Positions 22,494 to 35,947 of a DNA stretch of 64,000 nucleotides are shown piece after piece. The DNA is taken from positions 197,534,001-197,598,000 of the forward strand of contig NC_086097.1 of assembly GCF_963921235.1 (NCBI RefSeq), written 5' to 3'. The notes under the pieces were generated by a model. That model saw only the letters and a program-made list of their open reading frames with translations. It was not told the DNA's origin and did no database searches. Made by a program: the position numbers and the translations under genes. The DNA comes from Mobula hypostoma. Lineage: Eukaryota. The number at the start of each line of letters is the position of its first letter. Positions within the stretch are counted from its first letter, which is position 1.

Positions 22494-24012
22494 AGTTAAA
22501 GGGGAGGACCTCCAGGGCTGTAATCTCAGGTTTGTTACCTGTGCCACGTGCTAGTGAGGCCAGGACTAGGAAGATTATACAGTTTAATATGTGGCTAAGG
22601 AGTTGGTGTAGGAGAGAGCGCATAAGAGTTTTGGATCATTGAGCTCTCTTCCAGTGAATGTGGCGCCTATACAGAAGGGATCTTTGCACCTAAACTGGTG
22701 GGAGTCTAATATCCTAACGGGAAGGTTTGTTAATGCTGCACAATGGAGTTTAAACTAGACTTGCAGGGGATGGGAACCAGAGTGCCAGAACATTTAGTGG
22801 AGAGGCTGTGGAGGCAGATGTTGGTAAGACTTCAGAGAAAGTTAGGAATCAAAAGGTTGAGCTTGATGCGACTACTGACCTGAGCTGCCAATATTTAAAT
22901 GCAAGAAGTATCGCAGGAAAGATGGACAGTTAGTTTACAAACAGAGGCTGTTTATAGGGCAAAATTGCATTCAACAGGATAAGTTGTAATGTTAAAGACA
23001 TTCATATTTGAAAACAGTGAATACAGGACTGAAGGTGTTGTATCTGAATGCACGCTGTGTACAGAATAAGGTAGATGAACTTGCAACACAGTTGCAGATT
23101 GACAGGTATGATGTTGTAGGCATCACTGAATCATGGCTGAAAGATTATAGCTGAGAGTTTAATGTCCAAGGATACACATTGCATCGAAAGAATAGGCAGG
23201 AAGGCAGAGGGGGCGGTGTTGATTTGTTGGTTAAAAAAAAATGAAACCAAATCATTAGAAAGAGGAGACATAGGGTCAGAATGTATTGAATCATTGTGGA
23301 TAGAGCCAAGAAACTATAAGGGTAAAAAGACATTGATGGGAGATGTATACAGACCCCCAAACAACAGTAAGGCTGTGGCCTACAAATTACAATGGGAGAG
23401 GAAAAAATGCATGCCAAAAGGGCAATGTTACAATAGTCATGGGGTAGTCCGATAGATTGGGAAAATCAGGTTGGTGCTGGATTACAGGAGGTTGAATTTT
23501 CAGAGTGCCATGAGATGGCTTTTTGGAGCAGCTCGTGGTTGAGCCCACTAGAGGATTAGCTTTCTGGATTGGCTGTGGTGCAATGAACCAGACTTGATTA
23601 GAGAGCTTAAGATAAAAGAATCCTTTGGGGGAAAATGATCATAATATGATTGAATTCACCCTGAAATTTAAGAAGGAGAAGCTAAAGTCAGATGTATCAC
23701 TATTACAGTGGAGTAAAGGGAATTACAGAGGCATGAGAGAGGAGTTGGCCAGAATTGATTGGAAAAGAACACTAGCTTGGATGATGGCAGCACAGCAATG
23801 GCTGGAATTTCTGGATGATATTCGGAAGGCACAAAAAAGAAGTATTCTAAAGGAAAGATGACACAGTTGTGGCTAACATGAGAAGCCAATAGAAAAGCCA
23901 AAGAGAGAGTATATAATAGAACAAAAATTAGTGGGAAGTTAGAGGACAAGGAAGCTTTTAAAAACCAACAGAAGGCAACGAAAAATATAATTAAAAAGGT
24001 AAAGATGGAATA

Positions 24013-26036
24013 TAACCATATAACAATTACAGCATGGAAACAGGCCATCTCGGCCCTTCTAGTCCGTGCCGACCTCTTACTCTCACCTAGTCCCACCGAC
24101 CTGCACTCAGCCCATAAACCTTCATTCCTTTCCTGTCCATACAGCTGTCCAATTTAACTTTAAATGACAACATCGAACCTGCCTCAACCACTTCTGCTGG
24201 AAGCTCGTTCCACACAGCTACCACTCTCTGAGTAAAGAAGTTCCCCCTGAAGTTACCCCTAAACTTTTGTCCTTTAACTCTCAACTCATGTCCTCTTGTT
24301 TGAATCTTCCCCACTCTCAATGGAAAAAGCCTATCCACATCAACTCTATCTATCCCCCTCATAATTTTAAATACCTCTATCAAGTCCCCCCTCAACCTTC
24401 TATGTTCCAAAGAATAAAGACCCAACTTGTTCAACCTTTCTCTGTAACTTAGGTGATGAAACCCAGGTAACACTCCAGTAAATCTTCTCTGTACTCTCTA
24501 TTTTGTGGACATCTTTCCTATAATTCGGTCACCAAAACTGTACACCAATACTCCAAATTTAGCCTCACCAATGCCTTGTACAATTTCAACAGTACATCCC
24601 AACTCCTATACTCAATGTTCTGATTTATAAAGGCCAGCATACCAAAAGCTTTCTTGACGACCCTATCCACATGAGTTTCCACCTTTAGGGAACTATGCAC
24701 CATTATTCCTAGATCCCTCTGTTCTACTGCATTCTTCAATGCCCTACCATTTACCATGAATATCCTATTTTGATTAGTCCTACCAAAATGTAGCACCTCG
24801 CATTTATCAGCATTAAACTCCATCTGCCATCTTTCAGCCCACTCTTCTAACTGGTTTAAATCTCTCTGCAAGCTTTGAAAACCTACTTCATTATCCACAA
24901 CTCCACCTATCTGCATACTTAGTCATCCAATTTGCCACCCCATCATCCAGATCATTAATGTATATAACAAATAACATTGGCCCCAGTATAGATCCTTGAG
25001 ACACACCACTAGTCACCGGCCTCCAATCTGACAAACAGTTATCCACCACTGGCGTCGCCCATCCAGCCACTGCTGAATCCTTTTTAGTACTTCATTATTA
25101 AAACCTAAGGATTGAATCTTCCTAACCAACCTTCCTTGTGGAACCTTGTCAAAAAAGCCTTACTGAAGTCCATATAGACAACATCCTCCGCTTTACCCTC
25201 GTCAACTGTCCTAGTATCCTCATCAAAAAATTCAATAAGATTTGTCAAACATGACCTTCCCCGCACAAATCCATGTTGACTGTTCCCAATCAGACATTGT
25301 CTATCCAGATAATTATATATACCATCTCTAAGAATACTTTCCATCAATTTACCCACCACTGACGTCAAACTTACAGGTCGATAAAACTACATGAGCAATA
25401 CGGCAATCCTCCTGCACCATCCCAGTTTCTAATGACATTTGAAATATTTCTGTCAGAGCCCCTGCTATTTCCACACTAGCTTCCCTCAAGGTCCTAGGGA
25501 ATATCCTGTCAGGACCCGGAGACTTATCCACTTTTACACTTTTAAAGCACAATTTTTGAAGTTTAAGAGACTACTAGACAGGTATATGGAGGAATTTAAG
25601 GTGGGAGGTTATATGGGAGGCAGGGTTTGAGGGTCGGCACAACATTGTGGGCCGAAGGGCCTGTAATGTGCTGTACCATTCTATGTTCTATGTTATGTTA
25701 AATCTTTAATCATCATAGTTTCCATAACTTCCCTACCTGTTTCCCTTGTCTTACACAATTCAATATCCTTCTCCTTAGTGAATACCAAAGAAAAGAAATT
25801 GTTCAGAACCTCCCCATCTCTTTTGGCTCCTTACATAGCTGTCCACTCTGATTCTCTAAGGGACCAATTTTATCCTTCACTATCCTTTTGCTATTAATAT
25901 AACGGTAGAAACCCTTGGGATTTATTTTCACCTTACTTGCCAAAGCAACCTCGTATCTTCTTTTAGCTTTTCTAATTTCTTTCTTAAGCTTCTATTTACA
26001 TTCTTTATATTCCTCGAGCACCTCATTTACTCCATG
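24013..26036 (-). mobile_element. CR1 family D, 5'-truncated
   Basis: Minus ORFs 24087-24473, 24518-24916 and 25105-25368 are CR1 RT. The tail is TAATTGTTATATGGTTATAT. Confidence 0.9.
25556..25697 (+). mobile_element. Short CR1 family C 3' end inserted in the family D copy
   Basis: It closely matches 35875-36005 and ends in an ATTCTATGTTCTATG tail. Confidence 0.85.
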
Positions 26037-26399
26037 CTATATAAAAGCTAGCCAATAATATTAAAGAGGATACCCAAATTTTCTTCAGGTACATCGTGTA
26101 AAAAAGAGGTGAGAGAGGATATCAGACCACTGGAAAGTGATGCTGAGGAGGTAGTAATGGGAAACAACTGTGGAAGATACTAGCAGTATGGTGGAAGTTC
26201 CATGTGTCAGAGGGCATAAGGTATGTGAAGTTACCATAACTAAGAAGGTTTATGGGAAATTGACAGGTGTGAAAGAAGATGTCAGCTGGACCAGATGGGG
26301 TAACAGTCCAGAGTTCTAAAAGAGGTGGCTGAAGAGATCGTGGAGGCATTAGTAATGATCTTTCAAGAATCACTAGATTCCGGAATGTTTCTAGAGCTA

Positions 26400-28617
26400 A
26401 TAGCAGGCGGCGCAGCATGGCACCAGTGGCCGTTCGGATCTGGTGTTACTTTAATTTAATTTTTAAATTTAATTTTAAGGCACAATTTTTGTCTAGGGCA
26501 CATGGGTAACAGAGCAAATATCTGGCATCGCCAGATACTGCTACAATTTTGAGATTGCCCAAAAACAAACCTTCATGAAGATCTGCTGGTTAAATTACAT
26601 GACCTTGGCTTGCTGAGGGGATTGGGCCTACTGTCCTCGGAGTCGCCTGATGCTGTTGGCCGGAGGTGGGGACGACGTAAGCGGTGTGTGAGGAAGCGGA
26701 AGCGAGGTGAGCAGACATGAGTCTGTGCCAGGCAAAAAGCAAACCCGAGCCAGCCAGCTCTCCCGTCCATTCTGCTCTTCAATGTCTGCTCCCTGGACAA
26801 TAAGTTGGAATATATCCGACTCCAATGAAATACTCGGCGGGAGTACAGAGTCTGCTGTGCCTATGTTTTCACAGAAACATGGCTGTCCGATGGAATCCTG
26901 GACGCCACCATCTAGCTGGACGGGCTCGTCTTATTTTGAGCAGACAGAGATGCAGCTCTTTCTGGTAAGACTCGTGGTGGTGGCTTGTGTGTTTACATCA
27001 ATATGGAATGGTGCAAGAACTCTGTGCTGATTTCCAGATACTGCTCTTCGCTAGTGGAGTTTGTGACTGTTAGATGCAGACCATTTTATTTACCACGGGA
27101 ATTCATCACTGTCCTTATAGTCTGTGTGTACATTCCCCCCAGTGCTAATGCTAAGGAGGCACTCTGTGAACTGTATGGGGCTATTAGCGAACTGCAGAAC
27201 GCACACCCTGATGGACTGTTTATTGTCGCTGGAGATTTTAACCGTGTGAACCTTAAGTCAGTGCTCCCCAGATTCCATCAGAACGTGGACTTTGCAACGA
27301 GGGCGAGAATGCGTTGGACCTTGTTTACACAAACATTCCCGACACATACTGGGTGGAGCCCTGCCCCCACCTCAGTTACTCAGACCACCTCTCTGTTGTG
27401 CTAATCGCAGGTGAAAACCTGCCCTGCAGGAGCCATCTCTGCTCTTCAAGACTGCTTTGAGCACACTGACTGGCACATGTTCAGAGAGGCTGCAACCGAT
27501 GGCGACCCTACCAACTTAGAGGAGCACACGACATCAGTGACTAGCTACATCAGCAAGTGCATCGATGACGTCACTGTGGCCAAGACCATCACTACACGCA
27601 CTAACCAGAAGCCGTGGATGGCCGTGATGTGGGCACTGCTGAGGACCTGTGACTCTGCCTTCATAGCCGGCGACAAGGCAGCCCTAACAACAGCGAGGGC
27701 CAAACTGTCCCAGGCCATCAGAGAGGCAAAGTGTGCATATGCCCAGCGAATCCACAGCCACTTCCAGGACAGTGGCGACACGTGGCACATGTGGAAAGGC
27801 ATTCAAGACATCACCAACTACAAGACAACACCACCTGCCTGTGCTGGTGCTGCCTCCCTCCCAGATGCATCAAATAACTTCTACGCTCGTTTTGAGGTGG
27901 GAAATGATGTGGTGGCGAGGAAGACCACCCCTCCTCCAAACAACCAGGTGCTGTGTCTTACCGTGGCTGGTATGAGGAGAACCCTGTGCAGGGTCAACCC
28001 ACGGAAGGCTGCTGGACCGGACAATATTCCCGGCAGGGTGCTTAGAGGATGTGTAGGCCAGCTAGCTGAGATTCTCACTGACATCTCCAACATCTTCCTG
28101 AGCAGCGCCATCGTTCCTATGTGCTTAAAGGCCGCCACCATCGTCCCCGTGCTGAAGAAGTCTTCAGTGTCCTGCCTCAACGACTACCGTCCCGTCACAC
28201 TCACATCCGTCATCATGAAGTGTTTCGAGAGGCTCGTCATGAGGCACATCAAGACCCTGCTGCCCCCCTCACTGGACCCCCTACAGTTCGCATACCGTCC
28301 CAACCGTTCAACAAACGACGCCGTTGCCATCACCCTCCACCTGGCCCTAACCCACCTGGACAAAAAAGACATACGTTTGAATGCTGTTCATAGACTTCAG
28401 TTCAGCATTCAACACAATCATTCCTCAGAAACTGATTGGAAAGCTGAGCCTACTGGGCCTGAACACCTCCCTCTGCAACTGGATCCTAGACTTCCTGACT
28501 GGGAGACCCCAGTCAGTCCGGACTGGAAGCAGCATCTGCAACACCATCAAACTGAGCATGGGGGCCCCCCAGGGCTGTGTGCTCAGTCCACTGCTGTTCA
28601 CTCTGCTGACCCACGAC
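26400..28617 (+). mobile_element. Rex1/Babar-type LINE, 5' portion with endonuclease and partial RT
   Basis: Motifs include [46 protein letters not shown] and [10 protein letters not shown]. It is truncated before the catalytic DD motif. Confidence 0.88.
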
Positions 28618-28619
28618 TT

Positions 28620-30425
28620 AGGGTATATCCCATAAGGACTAAAGTTTTACCCAACTTAACGCTCTTTTCGAGACTCAACAATACCTTCTCCTTTATTTCA
28701 AAATGCCCTAGCACATTAATACTCTTGGCACTGATCTGTCCATCTTCCAATTTCATCTCTTTGGTGAATACTGACGTAAACAGTCCTGTTTTTTTTTTAT
28801 CTTTCCTCAATCTTCCTGCAAATCTGTTCCTCACTGTTTTGGTGGCTATTTAGGGTGTCTGTAGTACAATCCCATCAATTATTACACCTTTTCGATGTTT
28901 GACTCAGTGGATGAGCCCCCTATTATGTCCCCTCTTAGTACCACTGTGATATTGTCCCTGATTAGTAGTGCAACACCCTCACCTCTTTTACCTCCCTCTC
29001 AATCTTTTCCAAAACATCAAAAAACCCTGGGACATTAAGCACCATTCTTGTCCTTCTCCCAACACAGTCTGTGTAATGGCCACAACATCATAGCTCCATG
29101 TACTGATCCATACTCTAAGTTCATCACCTTTACCCATAATACTCCTGGCATTAAAGTACATACACTTCAAACTATATGCCCCGTTGTTTCTATTACTTTG
29201 CTCCTGCCTGTTTTTACTGGCCCTCAAATCTACTTTCCGATCAAGCCCTCCACATTCTGACCTGGTGCTCTGGTTCACATCCCCCTGCCAAACTAGTTAA
29301 ACCCTCCTGAGTAGCACTTGCGAACCTACCAGCCAAGTTATGATTGGTTCCCATCCAGTACGGGTACAATCCATCCCTCTTGTACAGGTCACCCATGCCC
29401 CAGAAAAGGTTCCAATTATCCAAGAATCTGGAACCATGCCCTCTGCATCTGTTCCTCAGTCACCCATTCATATGTACTATCATCCTATTCCTGCCCTAAG
29501 TAGCATATAGCACTGGGAGTATCTTGGAAGTCCTGCTCCTCAGCCTCTTTCTTAACTCCCTATACTCACTGTGCAGGATCTTTTCCCCATTTCTACCCAA
29601 GCTACTTGTGTTGGGCACATGGCCAAGTGGTTAAGGCATTCGTCTAGTGATCTGAAGGTCGCTAGTTCGAGCCTCAACTGTGGCAGCATGTTTTTGTCCT
29701 TGAGCAAGGCACTTAACCACACATTGCTCTAATGTCTGTGCGAGGAGTGGCGCCCCACAGACTGCCAATCTGCGCCTTGTAAGGCATGAAAATGCCCGAT
29801 GCAGGCTTCTCATGGTCTGAGTCGATGTCCCCCCCCCCTCCCGGATTTATGCCAATGTGCACCATGACTATTGGCTGCTCACTCTTACCTCTTGAGAATA
29901 TGCTGCAGCCTCTGAGACATCCTGAATCCTAGCATCTGTGAGGCCATACAACACCCTGGCATTTCTTTTGCAGCAACAGAAACCCCTGACTATCCCCCTA
30001 GCTACTGAGATTCTTATCACTATCACTCTGCCTGACTTTATGCTTTCTGCTGAGCCTCAGAGCTGGCCACAGTATCTTTGGCTTTGCTGCTGCTGCTGTG
30101 TCCTGTTAGGTCATCTTCTCCAGCAGTGCCCAAAAGGATATTCTTGTTGCTGAGGAGAATGGTCACGAGGGAATCCTTTATTTCTCCTGATGGTTGCCCT
30201 TCTGAAGCCTCCTCAATAAAGGTTTTGTCTATGAGGTTTTCAGCCTCCTAGATGGTTCTGAGTATATCCATCTGCAGCTCCAGCTCTAATTTCTTGATCT
30301 GGTCACTCAGGACCTGAAGTTCGATGCACTTCCTACAGATGTAGTCATCAAGGAAACTATTAGGTATCCAGCAATCCCATATTTTACAGGAGGAGCAATC
30401 TACTGCTTTGACTACGATCCTGCCT
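28620..30425 (-). mobile_element. Degenerate CR1 5' portion (ORF1 and endonuclease)
   Basis: Minus ORFs include CMYFNARSI, YDVVAIT and WNLFWGMGDLYKRDGL. Confidence 0.75.
29613..29840 (+). mobile_element. tRNA-derived CORE-like SINE, alternative 3' tail
   Basis: The A box is TGGCCAAGTGG and the B box is GTTCGAGCC. It shares head and core with the 17857 SINE up to CACACATTGCTCT (29730). The tail after that is unrelated and ends in poly-C. Confidence 0.82.
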
Positions 30426-30738
30426 TAACTTGTTATACCTTTGGCTTTCACTTCTGAAGCTTAAGGTCCAGCCTCTGCCTGTTCTCACGAAAGCTTGATG
30501 AGCCAAAGCCTGACCACTCTAACACTGGTCCACTCCACAATCACCGCTTGGCTTATACCTTGCTTCTTTTTATTGGCTGGAAAACAAAATCAAAGGAAAA
30601 ATACTGGGAATGCTCAGCCAGGCAGGCCATATCTGTGGGAAGCGAAACAGTCAACTTTTCAGTTGGAGGCTGACTTTTTTCAGTTACTACTGATTTACAA
30701 GAGAAACAGAAGTAGCATGCTTATAGAAATCTTTTTCT

Positions 30739-31003
30739 CAGAATCAGAATCAGATCAGGTTTATTATCACTGGCATGTGACGTGAAATTTGTTAACTTAG
30801 CAGCAGCAGTTCAATGCAATACCTAATCTAGCAGAGAGAAAAAAAATAATAATAATAAACAAGTAAATCAATTACAGTATACGTATATTGAATAGATAAA
30901 AAAAACATGCAAAAACAGAAATACTGTATATCTAAAAAGAAAGAGAGGTAATGTCCAAAGATAAAGATTCAATGTCCATTTAGGAATCGGATGGCAGAGG
31001 GCA
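30739..31003 (-). mobile_element. LINE 3' end with (GATTCT)n tail, probably Rex/L2 type
   Basis: CAGAATCAGAATCAG is followed by TTTATT (minus-strand AATAAA). A related copy at about 36283-37290 is split by another insertion. Confidence 0.55.
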
Positions 31004-31517
31004 AAACTACAAACTTTTTGTAGTTTTTAAAAAAAGTTGAATACCTTGAAGTAACGATTGGTGACACATGAATAATCTGGAAAATATCTGCATGCTTTCT
31101 GGATATTGTATCTGTTTTAAAGCAATCTGCTTGTGACTGATTGACTTTTACTCATTCACGAGATTATGGAATTGCTGACAAGCTGAGTAGTTAATTTACA
31201 TCCCTAAATGCTCATAAGAATGTGGTGGTAAAGTTACTTCTACTGTGCTGTTTACTTCATAGCATTCCCTCCCACATTCATTAAAATTTCTAAGTAAGAG
31301 TGAAATGATACATTCAGAGTCAAGGAAAATCACACTGGGCTTACCTATCATCTTCAGCACTTTTGCCTATGTTTGGCTCAAAGCTTTACTGAGGCTTATC
31401 ATATCAAACTGAACTGATTCGGCCTAACCTGCTAAGTAATTAGCTCATTTTCTGTTTTTTTAAAATTACCTTTCCATGTCAATTGGTAAAAAAAAATTAT
31501 GAAATACACTAACAGCA

Positions 31518-31700
31518 ATGCTGGCCGGTATCGTATCTGCACCGGACTTCAAAGCAAATGTCCCAGGTTCGAATCCTTGCATGCTTTCAATCCATGATGG
31601 GTTGAATGTCAAGCTAGCAACTTGGCCTCGTTTAAAAAAAAGCAGACATCTTTGCCACCCAATGCTCCATAAGGCGAGGAAAGGAACAATAAAACATGAA
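31518..31700 (+). mobile_element. Degenerate tRNA-derived SINE
   Basis: The B box GGTTCGAATCC is at 31566. A related body (GCAACT..CCTCGT..AAAA) appears inverted near 37570-37595. Confidence 0.5.
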
Positions 31701-32119
31701 CAGCGCTGTAAGAAATATCTTTACTACATGTAATTTAGCAATTTAGTGGAGAGCGGCCAGTGAGTGGGTGGGCCAGTGAAGGAGTGGAGCTTTGAGGCTT
31801 TGGCTCGAGAGATTCTGGTAGCTTTTGGCAGTTGGGCTGTGCAATCAAGTTAATCAAGATTTGAATAGCTCAGCAGAAAGCAGTTGATTAGACAAGCGAG
31901 ATTTGAATAGCTCAGACTCAGCAGAAAATAACTGATTGGGCAATCAAGGTCAGGTGACCCAACAGTTTGAAAAGCTGAAACAAATAAATAGAGGGGTAGC
32001 TCAAGCGGAGAGGCCAATGAGTGAGTGGGCCAGAGAAAGTGTGGAGCTTTGAGGCTTCGGCTCGAGAGGCTTTGCTGGGAAGAGGCAGAGGACGAGCTTG
32101 CTCCCAGTTAGGCTTTACA

Positions 32120-33053
32120 ATGCCTCCTGAGATGCTGATGTGCCTCTCATGTGAGATGTGGCAGTCTTGGGGGAACTCCCCTCTCCCGCAGAGTGACATC
32201 TGCCAGAAGTGCATGCAGCTGGGTGATATGGAAGACTGTGTAAGGAATCTGGAGCAGCAGCTGGATGACCTTCAACTCATAAGGGAGCATGAGGCAGTCA
32301 TAGATGAAAGCTACAGGGAGGTAGTCACACCTAGGCTGCTGGAAGCAGGTCATTGGGTGACAGTCAGAGGGGGGAGAGCGAAGGTGAGTAGACAGGTAGT
32401 GCAGAGCACCCCTGTAGCCATTCCCCTGAATAATAAATTTACCGTCCTGGATACAGTTGACAGGGATAACCGACCAGGGGTGAGCCATGGTGGCAGGGTC
32501 TCCGGCACTGACTTTGACCCTGTGGTACAGAAGAGTGGTACGGAGAAGAGGAGAGCTGTCGTCATTGGAGAGTCAGGGGAGCAGACAGGAGATATTGTGG
32601 ACGTGAGAAGGATGCCCGCATGGTTTGTTGCCTCCCGGATGCCAGGGTCTGAGATGTCTCCGACTGGGTGCACGACATCCTGGTACGAGAAGGAAAGCAA
32701 CCAGAAGTCGTGATACATGTTGGCACCAACGACATAGGCAGAAGGAGGGATGAGGTCCTGAAGTGTGAGTTTCGGGAACTAGGCAGAAGGCTGAAGAACA
32801 GGACCTCAGGGGTGGCATTCTCAGGATTGCTGCCAGTGCTACGTGATAGTGATGGTAAGAATTGGAGGAGATGGCAGTTGAATGCGTGGCTGAGGAGTTG
32901 GTGCAGGGGCAGGGTTTTAGATTTTTGGATCATTGGGATCTCTTCTGGGGAAGGTGGGACCTGTACAGATTGGATGGGTTGCACCTGAACTCGAGGGGGG
33001 CCAATATCCTTGCAGGTAGGTTTGCTAGCATGGGTCGGGAGGGTTTAAACTAA
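32120..33053 (+). pseudogene. CR1 ORF1p: CxxC-CxxC zinc finger, coiled coil, SGNH esterase (frameshifted)
   Basis: The zinc finger is CLSC...CQKC and the coiled coil is LEQQLDDL. SGNH blocks VVIGES, IHVGTND and DGLHLN are spread over three frames. Confidence 0.85.
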
Positions 33054-35947
33054 TTTGCAAGGGGGATGGGACTCAGAGCAGTGGAAGAAGTGCATGGAGT
33101 AAAGCCAGACCTAATATATAGTGAGGCTTTGGGAAAGAGAAGCAGAATAAACGGTGTAAAGGTAGGAAGGCAGAAGGGCTAAAGTGCGTGTACTTCAGTG
33201 CAAGAAGCATCAGGAACAAAGGTGATGAACTGAGGGCTTGGATACATACATGGAATTATGATGTAGTGGCCATTACAGAGACTTGGCTGGCACCAGGGCA
33301 GGAATGGATTCTCGATATTCCTGGATTTCAGTGCTTTAAAAGGGATAGAGAGGGCGGAAAAAGGGGAGGAGGGGTGGCATTACTGGTCAGGGACACTTGC
33401 GGCTACAGAAGGGGTTTGTAATGTAGCAGGATCCTCTTTTGAGTCAGTCTGGGTGGAAGTTGGAAACAGGAAGGGAACAGTTACTCTATTGGGAGTATTC
33501 TGTAGGCCCCCTGGTAGCAACAGAGATACTGAGGAGCAGATGGGGAGGCAGATTTTGGAAAGGTGCAAAAATAACCGGGTTGTTATCATGGGTGACTTCA
33601 ACGTCCCTAATATTGATTGGCACCTGATTAGTTCCAAGGGTTTAGATGGGGCAGAGTTTGTTAAGTGTGTCCAGGACGGATTCCTGTCACAGTATGTTGA
33701 CAGGCCGACTAGGGGGAATGCCATACTAGATCTAGTACTAGGTAATGAACTGGGTCAGGTCACAGATCTCTCAGTGGGTGAGCATCTGGGGGACAGTGAC
33801 CACCGCTCCCTGTCCTTTAGCATTATCATGGAAAAGGACAGAATCAGAGAGGACAGGAAAATGTTTAATTGGGGAAGGGCAAATTATGAGGCTACAAGGC
33901 TAGAACTTGCGGGTGTGAATTGGGATGATATTTTTGCAAGGAAATGTACTGTGGACATGTGGTTGATGTTTAGGGATCTCTTGCAGGATGTTAGGGATAA
34001 ATTTGTCCCGGTGAGGAAGATAAAGAATGGTAGGGTGAAGGATTCATGGGTAACAAGTGAGATGGAAAATCTAATCAGGTGGAAGAAGGCAGCATACATG
34101 AGGTTTAGGAAGCAAGGATCAGATGGGTCTATTGAGGAATATAGGGTAGCAAGAAAGGAGCTTAAGAAGGGGCTGAGGAGAGCAAGAAGGGGGCATGAGA
34201 AGGCCTTGGCGAGTAGGGTAAAGGAAAACCCCAAGGCATTCTTCAATTATGTGAAGAACAAAAAGATGACAGGAGTGAAGGTAGAACCAATTAGAGATAA
34301 AGGTGGGAAGATGTGCCTGGAGGCTGTGAGTGAGGTGCTCAATGAATACTTCTCTTCGGTATTCACCAATGAGAGGGAACTTGATGACGGTGAGGACAAT
34401 ATGAGTGAGGGAGCATGTTGATATTAAGGAAGAGGTGGTGTTGGAGTTGTTAATATACATTGGGACGGATACATCCCCGGGGCCTGATGTAATATTCCCC
34501 AGGCTGCTCCACAAGGTGAGGAAAGAGATTGCTGAGCCTCTGGCTAGGATCTTTATGTCCTTGTTGTCCACGGGAATGGTACCAGAGGACTGGAGGGAGG
34601 TGAATGTTGTCCCCTTGTTCAAAAAAGGTAGTTGGGATAGTCCGGGTAATTATAGACCAGTGAACCTTATGTCTGTGGTGGGAAAGCTGTTGGAAATGAT
34701 TCTTTGAAATTGGATCTATGAGTATTTAGAGAAACATGGTCTGATCAAGGATAGTCAGCATGGCTTTGTGAAAGGCAGATCGTATCTAACAAGTCTGATA
34801 GAGTTCTTTGAGGAGGTGACCAGGCATATAGATGAGGGTAGTGCGGTGGATGTGATCAACATGGATTTTAGTAAAGCATTTGACAAGGTTCCACACAGTA
34901 GGCTTATTCAGAATGAAGACATGGGGTCCATGGAAGTTTGGCCAGGGGGATTCAGAATTGGCTTGCCTGTAAAAAGCAGAGGGTCGTGGTGGAGGGAGTA
35001 CATTCGGATTGGAAGGTAGTGACTAGTGGTGTCCCACAAGGATCCGTTCTGGTTCCTCTACTTTTCATGATTTTTATTAACGACCTGGATGTGGGGGTAG
35101 AAGGGTGGGTTGGCAAGTTTGCAGACGACACAAAGGTTGGTAGTGTTGTGGATAGTGTAGAAGATTGTTGAAGATTGCAGAGAGATATTGATAGGATGCA
35201 GAAGTGGGCTAAGAAGTGGCAGATGGAATTCAACCCGGAGAAGTGTGAGGTGGTACACTTTGGAAGAACAAACTCCGAGGCAGAGTAGAAAGTAAATGGT
35301 AGGATATTTGGTAGTGTGGAGGAGCAGAGGGATCTGGGGGTACATGTCCACAGATCCCTGAAAGTTGCTTCACAGGTAGATAGGGTAGTTAAGAAAGCTT
35401 ATGGGGTGTTAGCCTTCATAAGTTGAGGGATAGAGTTTAATAGTTGCGAGGTAATGACGCAGCTCTATAAAACTCTGGTTAGGCCGCACTTGGAGTACTG
35501 TGTCCAGTTCTGGTCGCCTCACTATAGGAAGGATGTGGAAGTATTGGAAAGGGTACAGAGGAGATTTACCAGAATGGCTGCCTGGTTTAGAGCGTATGCA
35601 TTATGATCAGAGATTAAGGGAGTTAGGGCTTTACTCTTTGGAGAGAAGGAGGATGAGAGGAGACTTGATAGAGGTGTACAAGATAATAAGAGAAATAGAT
35701 AGAGTGGACAGCCAGCGCCTCTCCTCCAGCTCACCACTGCTCAATACAAGAGAACATGGCTTTAAGGTAAGGGGTGGGAAGTTCATGTGGGATATTAGAG
35801 GAAGGTTTTTTACTGAGAGTGGTTGGTGCGTGGAATGCACTGCCTGAGTCAGTGGTGGAGGCAGATACACCAGTGAAGTTTAAGAGACTTCTAGACAGGT
35901 ATATGGAGGAATTTAAGGTGGGGGATTATATGGGAGGCAGGGTTTAA
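33054..35947 (+). pseudogene. CR1 ORF2 (APE + RT), multiple frameshifts and stops
   Basis: Motifs include [36 protein letters not shown] and FADD. Confidence 0.9.

Larger units (their letters stand above)
19860..22920 (+). mobile_element. Old CR1 ORF1 region split by two insertions
   Basis: The N-terminal zinc-finger/coiled-coil remnant (CRMWE...LELELDEL) continues after 20700 and after 22494 with SGNH remnants (VGTND, ISGLLPVPR, WLRSWCRRE). Confidence 0.75.
22990..26395 (+). mobile_element. Degenerate CR1 family B-like ORF2, split by a minus-strand CR1
   Basis: Endonuclease remnants include YLNAR, ITESWL and NDHNMIEF. The sequence breaks near 24012 and resumes near 26040 (AAAGCTAGCCAATAAT). 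Confidence 0.75.
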
